Position numbers and translations under genes: made by a program | Assembly (NCBI GenBank): GCA_965204375.1 | Contig: OZ241986.1 | Coordinates: 1,440,001-1,504,000, forward strand | Reading direction: 5' to 3' | DNA length: 64,000 nucleotides | From: Candidatus Latescibacterota bacterium | Lineage (GTDB): Bacteria; Latescibacterota; UBA2968 | The notes under the pieces: model-generated | Told to the model about the DNA's origin: nothing | The model's input: only the letters and a program-made list of their open reading frames with translations | The model's database searches: none | Part shown: piece by piece, positions 1 to 9,337 of the stretch | Layout of the letters: every line of letters begins with the position of its first letter | Position numbering within the stretch: the stretch's first letter is position 1

Positions 1-2872
1 GGCTATTCTCTATGCTGTGGAAAATGGCGCGCATGTTATCAATATGAGTTTGGGAGGACCTGAGCGCACTTTTATCCTGGGCGATGTAATCCAATACGCG
101 CACGCTCAGGGTGTTGTGCTCGTCGCCTCTGCGGGTAACTCAGGAGATGAGTTGGGGTATCCCGCGGGCAATCACTATACGATTGCTGTAGGTGCGGTAA
201 ACCACTCCGACCGCCTGGCGGGTTTTAGCAGTACGGGCGCGTCGCTCGATCTGGTTGCGCCGGGTGTCAGTATTCTCAGCACACGTCTCAATAACCGCTA
301 TGCTTCAGGCTCTGGTACTTCTTTTTCCGCGCCTCACATATCCGGTCTGGTTGCACTGATTCTCTCACGCCGGCCCGATCTTTCGCCTCATTCTGTGCGC
401 AATTTGCTCCTCGCATCTGCAATTGATCTGGGCCCGCCGGGGCACGACAATGACTACGGCGCAGGGCGTGTGAGTGGCGCGCAACTCGCGGACCGCCTGA
501 GTACTTTCGATTCGCTGACGGTTGCGATTCAATCTCCCGCCAATGACGAGGGGGAAGATACCGCGTTCGATATTCGCGCATCTGTTGCGGGCGCACAGGT
601 CACGGGTTATCGCCTGTCTTATGGTATGGGATACAATCCACAAACATGGACACTTCTTACAGAGGGAACAGCTTCTCAGGACATTCGCTATACATGGGAT
701 GTTTCTGAGTTTGCAAATTCTAACGCGGTTTTGCGACTCGAGGCAGATTTGTCGGATGGTGTGGTCGTGGAAGACCGCGTTCGCGTTGCCATTGAAAAAA
801 TAGCACCTTCTATCACTGCACTTGTGTGTGGCGATGTATTGGAGGACGACCGCCGCGTTTTTGAATGTCGCTGGCGAACCGACCAGCGTGCATACGGGGG
901 TATTGCTTATCGCTATGGCGCGGATTTTGATACTCTTTACACCGGCCTGGTGCAAAATAAACACCGCGTTGTTTTGCCCCATACATTGCCATCAGGTGTT
1001 GTGACATTTCACGTTTTGGCCGATGGAGAAAACAATATCCGCGCGGTGCATCCGGCACAGACAATTGATTATGTTCCTTTTCGAGTTCCGCAAAATGGAT
1101 TTGTGGAAAGGGGCACATTGCCCGATGGTTTTTTGCCCGATCGCGCGTCGGATTTCGACCGCGATGGCAGGCTGGAAATCGCGCTTATGCCATATCTTAC
1201 GGGCGATTCTTATGGACCAGTACATATTTACGAACGCCAGACGGATGATACATTTATCGATGAATTTCAAAGCGACGAGCGTTTTTTGCCCTGGGCAATT
1301 GGCGATATTACAAATGATGGGACCGATGATTTATTGGGCGTGACTTATGAGCGTCTTGTGCTTTTTACAGATAGCTTCTCCAATCCCTATCCCGCGCAGG
1401 TAGAATTTGAACAGCGCGGCACATGGGGCGGCGATTTTGCCGATGTGGATGGCGATAGCATTCCCGATATTATCGCTCGCGCAGGCGATCAGCGCGGTAT
1501 CCGCGTGATTCGCAATCTCGGCAGCGTGATCCGCGAGGAGGTGTTTCTCGTTGATCCCTCGGAAGGTGGTGGAGACCCCGGTCCGCGCTTTGTGGTTGCG
1601 GACTTTGACCGCGATGAACAGCGGGAAATTCTCGCTGGCGATGCCGATGGCGATCTCTGGATGTACGAATATCGCGCGGGAAGATACGTGCAGACCTGGT
1701 ACTTGCCGGGTGATGGGGATGCGCGCTGGATTGGCGGGGGTATGGATTTGGATGGCGATGGATCGGTCGAGTTTGCCGTTGCTCGCGCGTACACAGATGC
1801 GTATGAGGCTTCCAATGGTTTCTGGGAATTGGAGATTTACAGCATGCGTGCGCCCGATACTTATGAACGAGAGTGGACGACGCGGATTCACGGCGTGGCG
1901 ACCACGGGCAATGGGATTTCAGCGGGGGATGTCGATGGGGATGGCCTTGCTGATCTGATAGTATGTCTGCGCCCCGATCTCTACGCTTTTCGCGCTGAGA
2001 AACCCGATCACTATCGCCCGATCTGGCATACGCCAGTGGGTTTGATGCGCCGCGCGCTCATTGCGGATCTGGATAAAGATTTTCGCAACGAGGTGCTTTT
2101 TAATTTTGATGGCGCAGTTCATATTGTTGAACGCGACGAACCCCCAATCACAATGGGTTCGCCGCAAATTATACGCGCGCGGCCGCTGGGTCCATCCCGC
2201 GTTGAAATAGACTGGATGCAAGTGCCCGATGCATCTTCTTATCAGATTTATCGCGCTGTCGGCAATGGCGCGCTCGATTATTTTGATGAGATCAGCGACC
2301 GCACGGTATATATTGATTCCTTGCTGACCGAAGGCCAGATCTATCGCTACCAGATTGTCGCTGTGGCCGATGGGGACCTGCGTTCGGGTATTGTATCTCT
2401 TATGCCAAACCATGCACCAGAAGTCGTGCGTATTGAAACACTGTCGGAAAACCAGATTCAAATTTTTTTTTCGGAAGAGATGGGACCTGATGCGGCACTG
2501 CCGTCGAGTTATCTGCTCGGCGGTGTTGGGCAACCCACATCAGTGATTCTCGACAGGCAAAATACCCGCGCGGTTCTGTCTTTTGCCGTACCGTTTCCCC
2601 CTCGATATACGCTGACTATTCTCAATACATCCGATGCGAGCGGTACACCTCTTGGTCTGAAAACTATTTCAGATATTGTTGATCCGGGCCTTCTCGCGCG
2701 GGCCGATGTCGATGGCAGTGGCGTTGTCGATTTCGCAGATTTCCTATCTTTTGTCCGTGCATTTCAAACTTCTGATTCCACATTTGATTTTGACGGTGAT
2801 GGCATCGTCAACTTTCCCGATTTTCTCATCTTTGCCAATCTTTTTGGTCGCAAGGTTGGGGCTGGGGGCTAA
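1..2872 (+). CDS. S8 (subtilisin-like) serine peptidase with FG-GAP propeller, FN3/Ig-like domains and C-terminal dockerin/double EF-hand; 5'-truncated by the window edge
   Basis: Frame is open from base 2 (AILYAVENG...). S8 motifs VINMSLGG, VASAGNSG and catalytic Ser GTSFSAPHISG. About 7 DxDxDGxx(D/E) FG-GAP-like repeats. C-terminal ADVDGSGVVDFADFL...DFDGDGIVNFPDFL. Confidence 0.85.
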   Translation, partial: AILYAVENGAHVINMSLGGPERTFILGDVIQYAHAQGVVLVASAGNSGDELGYPAGNHYTIAVGAVNHSDRLAGFSSTGASLDLVAPGVSILSTRLNNRYASGSGTSFSAPHISGLVALILSRRPDLSPHSVRNLLLASAIDLGPPGHDNDYGAGRVSGAQLADRLSTFDSLTVAIQSPANDEGEDTAFDIRASVAGAQVTGYRLSYGMGYNPQTWTLLTEGTASQDIRYTWDVSEFANSNAVLRLEADLSDGVVVEDRVRVAIEKIAPSITALVCGDVLEDDRRVFECRWRTDQRAYGGIAYRYGADFDTLYTGLVQNKHRVVLPHTLPSGVVTFHVLADGENNIRAVHPAQTIDYVPFRVPQNGFVERGTLPDGFLPDRASDFDRDGRLEIALMPYLTGDSYGPVHIYERQTDDTFIDEFQSDERFLPWAIGDITNDGTDDLLGVTYERLVLFTDSFSNPYPAQVEFEQRGTWGGDFADVDGDSIPDIIARAGDQRGIRVIRNLGSVIREEVFLVDPSEGGGDPGPRFVVADFDRDEQREILAGDADGDLWMYEYRAGRYVQTWYLPGDGDARWIGGGMDLDGDGSVEFAVARAYTDAYEASNGFWELEIYSMRAPDTYEREWTTRIHGVATTGNGISAGDVDGDGLADLIVCLRPDLYAFRAEKPDHYRPIWHTPVGLMRRALIADLDKDFRNEVLFNFDGAVHIVERDEPPITMGSPQIIRARPLGPSRVEIDWMQVPDASSYQIYRAVGNGALDYFDEISDRTVYIDSLLTEGQIYRYQIVAVADGDLRSGIVSLMPNHAPEVVRIETLSENQIQIFFSEEMGPDAALPSSYLLGGVGQPTSVILDRQNTRAVLSFAVPFPPRYTLTILNTSDASGTPLGLKTISDIVDPGLLARADVDGSGVVDFADFLSFVRAFQTSDSTFDFDGDGIVNFPDFLIFANLFGRKVGAGG

Positions 2873-2876
2873 GGTT

Positions 2877-3521
2877 ATGAATATTGGTATTCCCAAACGC
2901 GCGTTTTTTCAGGTGGCTTTTCCCTGTGTGTTTCGCGCAGATGCCCCGGTGATTGATGGCGTCCTCAATGACTGGGATGCGACTTATTTGGTACCTGATT
3001 TAACCGGGGTTGAGGGCAAAAATCCCTTTGCCGATGTGTATATGGCCTGGCACGATACCGGATTGTTTTTCGCAGTTGATGTGAAAGGTGTCGGTGGGCG
3101 TGCGTCCGATGTTCGCAGTCCATTGCGCGGTGACGGACTTCAGGTGTGGATTGATACGCGCGATGTGCGTAATGCGCCTCGGGGAAGCCGTTACTGTCAT
3201 CATTTTTGTTTTTGGCCGGGAAAGGGCAAGGGGCGAGCCGGGGGAAGGCAGTTCCGTCTGCGACGGGCGAGAGCACATCCGAGATTGTGCGATCCCAAGC
3301 GTCTAAAGGTGGCTTCAAAAGTGCTCAAAACGGAGTATCGCCTGGAAGCCCATATTCCCGCTGCTGCAATGACCGGATTTGATCCCGATGAGAATAATCG
3401 GATCGGTTTTACTTATTTGTTGCGCGACAAAAATCTGGGGCGACAAGTTTGGACAGCAGAAGAGATTTTGCCCGTGTCTTATGATCCGAGTTTGTGGGGT
3501 ACGGCAGAATTGGTGAGGTAA
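2877..3521 (+). CDS. CBM9/DOMON-like sugar-binding domain protein
   Basis: ATG at 2877, 4 nt after the peptidase stop. Motifs PVIDGVLNDW, YMAWHDTGLFFAVDV, GDGLQVWID, YRLEAHIP and PSLWG are typical of CBM9-like proteins. Confidence 0.65.
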   Translation: MNIGIPKRAFFQVAFPCVFRADAPVIDGVLNDWDATYLVPDLTGVEGKNPFADVYMAWHDTGLFFAVDVKGVGGRASDVRSPLRGDGLQVWIDTRDVRNAPRGSRYCHHFCFWPGKGKGRAGGRQFRLRRARAHPRLCDPKRLKVASKVLKTEYRLEAHIPAAAMTGFDPDENNRIGFTYLLRDKNLGRQVWTAEEILPVSYDPSLWGTAELVR

Positions 3522-3618
3522 GTGTTAAAAGACGGGGAGGGAGTTTGTATTTCGCCAAAGAGTTTAGTATATTGGAAGTATTGAATAGGACAATGGATTT
3601 GTATTCGAGGTTGGTAGT

Positions 3619-4626
3619 ATGGCACAAGATAGCGAAATTTCTCAAGACCTCACCGCTCGCGTGGAGCGTTTGGAGTCGCTGTTGGCAATTAGTCGGTTGA
3701 TGAATGCGACGTCAAACCAGGGGCGGTTGATCAGTGGTATTGCGCATGAAATCTCTACGTATTTGGAGGCGGATCAGTGTTCGATTTTTTTTCACAACCG
3801 CCTGACGGATGAGCTTTATACGCATGTTGGGGCAGGAGTCGAAAAAGATACGCAGGTGCGAATCCCGAGCAATAGGGGTATCGCTGGACATGTGTTTAAG
3901 AGCGGCGATGTGAGAAATGTTTTAGATTCCTCCAAAGACCCTTTATTTCACAATGTGCTTGGGTATGAAACGCGTACCATGTTGGCCTTCCCGCTACACA
4001 ACAGACGCGGGGAGGTGATAGGCGTGCTGGAACTCCTGAACAAGCAAGGTGATCCTGAGTATTTTACAAAAGATGATGAGGATTTCCTGCACGAGGTAGC
4101 CGCACAAATCGGTGGGTTGGTCGATATGATGCTGCGGCGAGAGGAGATGGCCCACCGCAATGAGTTGCTCGAAGCGCAGATGGAGCGTCTGTCGGGATTT
4201 GAGCATCTGGTGGAAGACCGCACGGTTATCAATACTGTGTTTAAGTACAATCGCAAGATACACTATTGGGCCGGGTTCGTCGGTATGATTGTATTGGCTA
4301 TAATGTCTATTACTTCTCTGGTGATGGTGCGGTCTGATAATTTTCGGCAGATGATGCTGGATTTGCACACAGGGTCCCTTTTTGCGGGCTATAGCAATGC
4401 TTATATTTACACCGATATCGTTGCCTATGTTACGTTGACAATCTGTCTTTCTGGTTTTCTGATGTATGCTTATCCACCGCTAAATCGCTGGATGAGAGCT
4501 AAAAAGGACCGGCTTTCGCGGTTTATGATTCAGGCGGGGGTGCGTCAGCACAATCAAAATCGCCGGGTTCAGGAGGGATTGAGAAAAGTGTTGGGGGGCG
4601 GAGATAAGCCCTCTGGAAAAACTTGA
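3619..4626 (+). CDS. GAF domain protein with C-terminal PepSY-associated-TM-like helices
   Basis: GAF signature (GIAGHVFKSG...DPLFH...GYETRTMLAFPL...VIGVLELLNK...FTKDDE), coiled-coil linker, then two TM helices with RKIHYWAG and LDLHTG...SG motifs. GAGG RBS upstream. Confidence 0.7.
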   Translation: MAQDSEISQDLTARVERLESLLAISRLMNATSNQGRLISGIAHEISTYLEADQCSIFFHNRLTDELYTHVGAGVEKDTQVRIPSNRGIAGHVFKSGDVRNVLDSSKDPLFHNVLGYETRTMLAFPLHNRRGEVIGVLELLNKQGDPEYFTKDDEDFLHEVAAQIGGLVDMMLRREEMAHRNELLEAQMERLSGFEHLVEDRTVINTVFKYNRKIHYWAGFVGMIVLAIMSITSLVMVRSDNFRQMMLDLHTGSLFAGYSNAYIYTDIVAYVTLTICLSGFLMYAYPPLNRWMRAKKDRLSRFMIQAGVRQHNQNRRVQEGLRKVLGGGDKPSGKT

Positions 4627-4694
4627 TTTTGTGTTGAGAAAAGTTTATTATCATGGCTCGCAATGTAAAATGAGAAAGGAAAGAGGAGGAATCA

Positions 4695-5138
4695 ATGCGC
4701 TATTTGAGGTTTATGGCTTTGGGTTCGGTAATTTTGGGGGTTGTGATGGCTGGTATCGCTGGCTGTGGTGGGGGTAACGAACAGTCGGACAATAATTTGC
4801 CTGTGAGACGTGCGAAGATGCGCGAAATTAAGTTGAGTACAGACCGGATTATGGTCGCGCTGAAAAACGAGACAGTTGATGGGGTTGCCGATGATGCGGA
4901 GAAGATCCAGGATGCGTTGAAAGCTGTAATTGATCTCTATCCGCCAGAACACGAAGAGAAATACACGATTTACAACCAGGCATCTCAAACACTGGCTTTG
5001 GGGATTGCATCGGCTGCCAAGGTGGGAAATGTCAAAGAGGCGAATAAGAAGTTCCGCGCCATGGTACCTTATTGCGGCAAATGCCACGAAGATTGTGCAT
5101 TTTTGCTGGCTCCTGCATTTCCCGAGTATGAAGAGTGA
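4695..5138 (+). CDS. Lipoprotein class II cytochrome c (cytochrome c'-like)
   Basis: Lipobox IAGC, helical body, single C-terminal CxxCH (CGKCH). Strong RBS GAGGAGG. Confidence 0.7.
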   Translation: MRYLRFMALGSVILGVVMAGIAGCGGGNEQSDNNLPVRRAKMREIKLSTDRIMVALKNETVDGVADDAEKIQDALKAVIDLYPPEHEEKYTIYNQASQTLALGIASAAKVGNVKEANKKFRAMVPYCGKCHEDCAFLLAPAFPEYEE

Positions 5139-5161
5139 GGCTATTGCCAATTTAGCAGATC

Positions 5162-5214
5162 AAAAGCACCGCTATTGAACGGGCAAGTGCGCGGATCAAT
5201 GCGGTGTTTTTTTT
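5162..5214 (+). terminator. Rho-independent terminator after the cytochrome gene
   Basis: GCACCGC.ATTGA...TCAAT.GCGGTGT stem followed by a T8 run. Confidence 0.65.
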
Positions 5215-5224
5215 GAGGTTTCAA

Positions 5225-5926
5225 ATGTCGAAGTCGATCTACTGCATCAAAGATCCCAATATGCCCCATAAGTTCTTTTTTGGGATTAAACCATACGAAG
5301 ATAAATATTGGTCAGATTATGGGAGTATGCAACGTCCCATTGGACTAAAAGAAGACTTAGGCTGGCGTGAAAAACATCTTAAACAGCTTCTTCGCCAAGG
5401 CAACATCTGGCAAGATTTTCCTACAAAGGGCTATACTCTGGTAGGAGCCGAATTCGAACCGGGTGACGAAAAACAACGAGTTGATATCCTCTATATTCGC
5501 AAAGATGGAGGGTTATTGCCATGTGAACTTAAAATTGGTGGAGAATCGCTCGACCCTCATGGTCAGTTAATCCGATATATTGCCGATTTGCATTTTCAAG
5601 AGGTCGATCTCTCTTGGGTCCAAAAATACCATCGAAATTTTTTGGATAAGATTTCTGATGAGTTTGCCGAGCGTGTTCAACACTGCACATTTAATGAGTT
5701 CATCACTGATAATGGTATTGAAGATCGATTCGTTCGTGTTTTGCCGAGATCCGGGGTCATCATGGATGAGTTTTTCAAACCTCAACTTTTGAAGGCAGTC
5801 CGATACTTGAACGAATATTGTGGTTTTTCCATTCGTTTAATCCAGGTTGAGGCGTTTGTTGCGGATGAGTGGAACAAAGAAATGGAAGACTACCTGTTTC
5901 GTATAGATTTCACGGATGTTCAGTGA
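5225..5926 (+). CDS. NucS/EndoMS-like (DUF91-type) PD-(D/E)XK endonuclease
   Basis: EF...RVDILYIRKDGGLLPCELK...GQLIRY is the NucS C-terminal nuclease signature. ATG at 5225 with GAGG RBS. AT-richer than the flanks. Confidence 0.65.
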   Translation: MSKSIYCIKDPNMPHKFFFGIKPYEDKYWSDYGSMQRPIGLKEDLGWREKHLKQLLRQGNIWQDFPTKGYTLVGAEFEPGDEKQRVDILYIRKDGGLLPCELKIGGESLDPHGQLIRYIADLHFQEVDLSWVQKYHRNFLDKISDEFAERVQHCTFNEFITDNGIEDRFVRVLPRSGVIMDEFFKPQLLKAVRYLNEYCGFSIRLIQVEAFVADEWNKEMEDYLFRIDFTDVQ

Positions 5927-5973
5927 ACCCGTTGATTTCAAAGCCCGGTATAACAAATGGTAAGGAAAATAAA

Positions 5974-6528
5974 ATGAATAGAGATCAAAAAACCAGTAAT
6001 GCTTCTGTTGGAAAAATTGATAAAGTCGAACCGGCACGAGAATTTCACAACTCAACAGGAGGCAAGTGGATACCTATTCTAAAAGCATTTAATCCTCTTG
6101 GTGCTATAGCCGAGTCCTACGCCAAAACTCTGGCGTATAAAATTGAGTCAAAGCGTCTTGAGGTAGAACTGACCAGAATAGAGGAACAAGCGAATATCGC
6201 ACACCACATGATTGATAATTCGTTTAAACTAAAAATGGAGGAACTTACACATAGAAGAATCACGCTTGTTGGCTTCTATGAAACAGTAAATGCAGAATTA
6301 CAAAGTCTTCACATAGAAAGGATGAAGGTTTTGGAGATGGCACAATTGGCTCAACAACAATCCTTTGAAAAAGGTTTATCCATAGAAGAGCGTCAAATGT
6401 ACAAAGAAATGGCAATCGAAATGACAAGAGAGTTGCCGCGTTTTGGTGATCAGGCCAATGCATCCCTCCAAAAACTTATCGATGCTCTTCCTCCTGTTGA
6501 AATTTCTCCCAAACTGCTGGAGGGGTAG
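5974..6528 (+). CDS. Hypothetical coiled-coil protein
   Basis: ATG at 5974 after AAGGA RBS. Long helical E/K/Q-rich ORF with AT-rich codons. Confidence 0.7.
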   Translation: MNRDQKTSNASVGKIDKVEPAREFHNSTGGKWIPILKAFNPLGAIAESYAKTLAYKIESKRLEVELTRIEEQANIAHHMIDNSFKLKMEELTHRRITLVGFYETVNAELQSLHIERMKVLEMAQLAQQQSFEKGLSIEERQMYKEMAIEMTRELPRFGDQANASLQKLIDALPPVEISPKLLEG

Positions 6529-6531
6529 AAT

Positions 6532-7173
6532 ATGTGGTGGTTAATTCCTGTTGGGTATGGTGTGGCAGCACTTATCTATGGTGTGGTCTCAGAGAAGGAA
6601 CGAAAGGCACGTCAACGTTGGGAAGAAATGCTGTGGGATGTGGAACGAAGTATTGAGGAGCATCAAAGGAATATTGACGCACATGTTGTTCAGGCACAGT
6701 ATAGCTATAATTTTCAAGTTTTAGTGGATGAACATTATGCCTCTATGAAAACAGCGGATGCCGCATACAAACTTCTGGATGACGCTCGTAGTAGTGAAAA
6801 TGGCATGAACAAAATGTTAAAAGAAGCAAAAGACCAGAGAACACTTCTTCGAGAAAGACTAAAAGAAGCGAAAAAGATTAAAGACAAAGGGTTTATATTT
6901 TTTAAAAAAACGAGGGAGAAAAAGAACAAGGCACTAATACGTGATATTGAATTGCAGCTAAAAGAGATTCGTGAATTGCGGGAAAGCGTTTTTGAGGATA
7001 GAGACAAGGTGAAGGCGCAAAGAGCGTCATTCTTACAAGAGGTTCGAGGATTAAACAATCGCACAAGAGAATTGAAGGAATTGATACGAGATCAGTGTGG
7101 AACCAGAGGTTTAGACTGGTTCAATAGATTGGAAGAAAGAACGAGAAGAAAGCGTTTAGCAGACGGAAGATAA
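6532..7173 (+). CDS. Hypothetical coiled-coil protein with N-terminal membrane anchor
   Basis: Starts 3 nt after the previous stop with GGAGG RBS. Hydrophobic N-terminus MWWLIPVGYGVAALIYGVV, then an extended coiled coil. Confidence 0.75.
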   Translation: MWWLIPVGYGVAALIYGVVSEKERKARQRWEEMLWDVERSIEEHQRNIDAHVVQAQYSYNFQVLVDEHYASMKTADAAYKLLDDARSSENGMNKMLKEAKDQRTLLRERLKEAKKIKDKGFIFFKKTREKKNKALIRDIELQLKEIRELRESVFEDRDKVKAQRASFLQEVRGLNNRTRELKELIRDQCGTRGLDWFNRLEERTRRKRLADGR

Positions 7174-7210
7174 AAAAATAAAGCTGTCCGAATTAGATTG
7201 AGTCAGAATG

Positions 7211-7243
7211 GAAAAAGCGTCCGCTCAAGTAGCCGACGCTTTT
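7211..7243. terminator. Bidirectional terminator between convergent genes
   Basis: AAAAAGCGTC...GACGCTTTTT inverted repeat. Confidence 0.65.
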
Positions 7244-7275
7244 TGTTATTTCGGTAGCTCTGCTTTAATTGCGGG

Positions 7276-7563
7276 TCAAGAAACTTGATGCATCTTTTTA
7301 TATTCATAGAGCACAGACCTGACAGTTGTTTCAATGTTTTTTCCCCGGCTCTGGTACCACTTAAAAGTGTCCTGATCCAGGGGGATAGAGAGCACGATTT
7401 GCGCTTGGGATAGAAATTTGTCATCTGTCGGTTGAGCGTCCGGGTCAGAGCGTGCGGCCTCTTCAATATCCGCTTCGGTCATTGATTCAACCCTCGCCAT
7501 ATCTGATTCGGTATCTTCAGGAAGACGATCCCGGGTATATCTCACGATATTTTCTTCTCTCAT
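7276..7563 (-). CDS. brnA: BrnA-family antitoxin
   Basis: SDMARVESMTEADIEEAARSDPDAQP N-terminus and SIPLDQDTFKWYQSRG ribbon-helix-helix-like C-terminus. Overlaps brnT. Confidence 0.75.
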   Translation of the reverse strand: MREENIVRYTRDRLPEDTESDMARVESMTEADIEEAARSDPDAQPTDDKFLSQAQIVLSIPLDQDTFKWYQSRGKNIETTVRSVLYEYKKMHQVS

Positions 7564-7801
7564 CTCGATTTGCCCTTCTACAAGAAATGATTCGATAGCG
7601 ATTTTCTCGAATGGTGTAAACGACGTAGTACTCTAAGCTCTCGACAATACCGATCGCCACATACCGAGTTTCGCCGTAATTTTTTCGATCATCAATGAAT
7701 TTCAATATTGGACCGTCAAAAACCCTGGCAGCCCGTAAAAAGCTGATTCCGTGTTTCTCAATATTGAATTTGTTTTTTGAAGAATCCCATTCAAATTCCA
7801 T
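7517..7801 (-). CDS. brnT: BrnT-family ribonuclease toxin (type II TA)
   Basis: MEFEWDSSKNKFNIEKHGISF...YGETRY...VVYTIR...RIISCRRAN is the canonical BrnT signature. Confidence 0.9.
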   Translation of the reverse strand: MEFEWDSSKNKFNIEKHGISFLRAARVFDGPILKFIDDRKNYGETRYVAIGIVESLEYYVVYTIRENRYRIISCRRANRDERRKYREIYPGSSS

Positions 7802-7862
7802 TGTATAAATATAAGTAAGTACAAGCCCAGATGCAATTAGCAGACTTTACCAGAGGTCGGGA

Positions 7863-8621
7863 TTAGAACCGCCAAATTTTCAGTGCGGTTTTTCCGAATA
7901 TCCATTCTCTGTCTTCTTCGCTGAGGGCAGACAGATAATCCATCGGGACTTTGAGGCTGTTGTCATAGCCTTCGCGTCTGCTCACAGGGGGATAATCGCT
8001 GCCCCACATAACTCTTTGGGGGCCGAAGGCTTCGATGGTCATGTCGGCGAGTGGGGGAATGGGATCAAATGGCAAGGGGACGGGACAGATTTCTCCGAAT
8101 CCAGGAAGTTTGATGGATAGATTAGGCTGTTCGGCGAGTTCGAGGATTTTTTTGAAAGTATCATAAGGGGGCTGCTGGCCTTCGCCGATGCCCGCGAGGT
8201 GTTCGATCACGATGGATAGGTTTGGGAATTCTCTGAGTACTTCTGCAAATTCATGGCTCAGAAGACTCTGAGGATTGCTCGGCGCACTGACGACGAGGTC
8301 GAGTTCGGCTGCTGTGCGCCACTGTGCGAGGGAGTCGGCGCAATCGGCGCGGCTATTTGCCGGGAGGCGAATGCCGACAATGCCCTGTTTTGCCCATTGT
8401 CGCATGGCTGTACCATCGTCTGTTGGTTCAACGATCATGGCCGCTTGAAATTTTCTCGGATGTGCCGCCATGCTGTCGAGCATATACTGGTTATCCGAGT
8501 TCCCCGCGTACTGGATGAAGACGGCTCGATCTACACCGGATGTGTTCATGTGGTAAAGAAGGGATCCTACGGGTTCGTATTTGTGAAGTCCAATGTGGCA
8601 GTGTGTATCGACAATGGTCAT
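7863..8621 (-). CDS. Amidohydrolase_2 family metal-dependent hydrolase (lactonase-like)
   Basis: IVDTHCH, IEHLA, RVMWGSDYP and IFGKTA motifs. Likely start MTIVD at 8621. Confidence 0.85.
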   Translation of the reverse strand: MTIVDTHCHIGLHKYEPVGSLLYHMNTSGVDRAVFIQYAGNSDNQYMLDSMAAHPRKFQAAMIVEPTDDGTAMRQWAKQGIVGIRLPANSRADCADSLAQWRTAAELDLVVSAPSNPQSLLSHEFAEVLREFPNLSIVIEHLAGIGEGQQPPYDTFKKILELAEQPNLSIKLPGFGEICPVPLPFDPIPPLADMTIEAFGPQRVMWGSDYPPVSRREGYDNSLKVPMDYLSALSEEDREWIFGKTALKIWRF

Positions 8622-8647
8622 TGCGTTTTTGCTCCGAAAGGGTGGGA

Positions 8648-9337
8648 TCAAAACAATGCGCCCTGTTCGGGCGGTTGTGCGGGTTTCAGGCAGTCTGGCA
8701 TGTCATTCATCGGGTTATTGACAAGGGTAGAAACGGGATGTGCGTTCATCTCTTGTGCGGAATAGGGAATGAGAAGGTCCTGCAGGTCTGTTCGCTCTGC
8801 TGGATCAAGCCAGAGATCATACGCATCAGGCGGTAGAATAACGGGCATGCGATTGTGAATCGGCGCCATAAGATCGTTGGGTTCGGTTGTGATTATGGTA
8901 CAGGATTGGATGTGCTGTCCTTCGGGTGAATGCCACGATTCCCAGAGACCAGCAAAGGTAAAAGGAGCACCGGATTTGAGCGCGATGTACATGGGGGTTT
9001 TGGTTCTGCCGTCGGGATTGCGCTGCCATTCGTAAAATCCCGTTGTGGGAATCAGACACCTCCGTCTTTTGAAGGCCGTGCGAAATGAGGGTTTTTCCGC
9101 AAGGGTTTCTCCCCGTGCATTGATAAGTCGGTTGCCTATTTTGTGATCTTTTGCCCACGATGGGATAAGTCCCCATTTGAAGGCGTCCGCCCGCGGCTCG
9201 GCAGTGTTGGCAATCGCCGTGATACCCTGGCCCGGTGCGATATTGTATCGCAATGGCATCTCGTTGGGAAAAACAACTTGTGGAAATGCGAGTTGGTTTT
9301 CATCGCATTGGGCAGCATAAACAAATCGACCGCACAT
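8648..9337 (-). CDS. SRAP/YedK (HMCES) abasic-site-protecting SOS response-associated peptidase
   Basis: MCGRF N-terminus, RYNIAP, WGLIPSWAKD, INARGET, RRCLIP.GFYEW, IHNRMP. Confidence 0.92.
   Translation of the reverse strand: MCGRFVYAAQCDENQLAFPQVVFPNEMPLRYNIAPGQGITAIANTAEPRADAFKWGLIPSWAKDHKIGNRLINARGETLAEKPSFRTAFKRRRCLIPTTGFYEWQRNPDGRTKTPMYIALKSGAPFTFAGLWESWHSPEGQHIQSCTIITTEPNDLMAPIHNRMPVILPPDAYDLWLDPAERTDLQDLLIPYSAQEMNAHPVSTLVNNPMNDMPDCLKPAQPPEQGALF

Noticed and set aside
5927-5973. GTATAAC resembling an integron attC inverse core site between islet genes
   Set aside because: No matching GTTRRRY or attC-length hairpin follows, and there is no integrase in the window.
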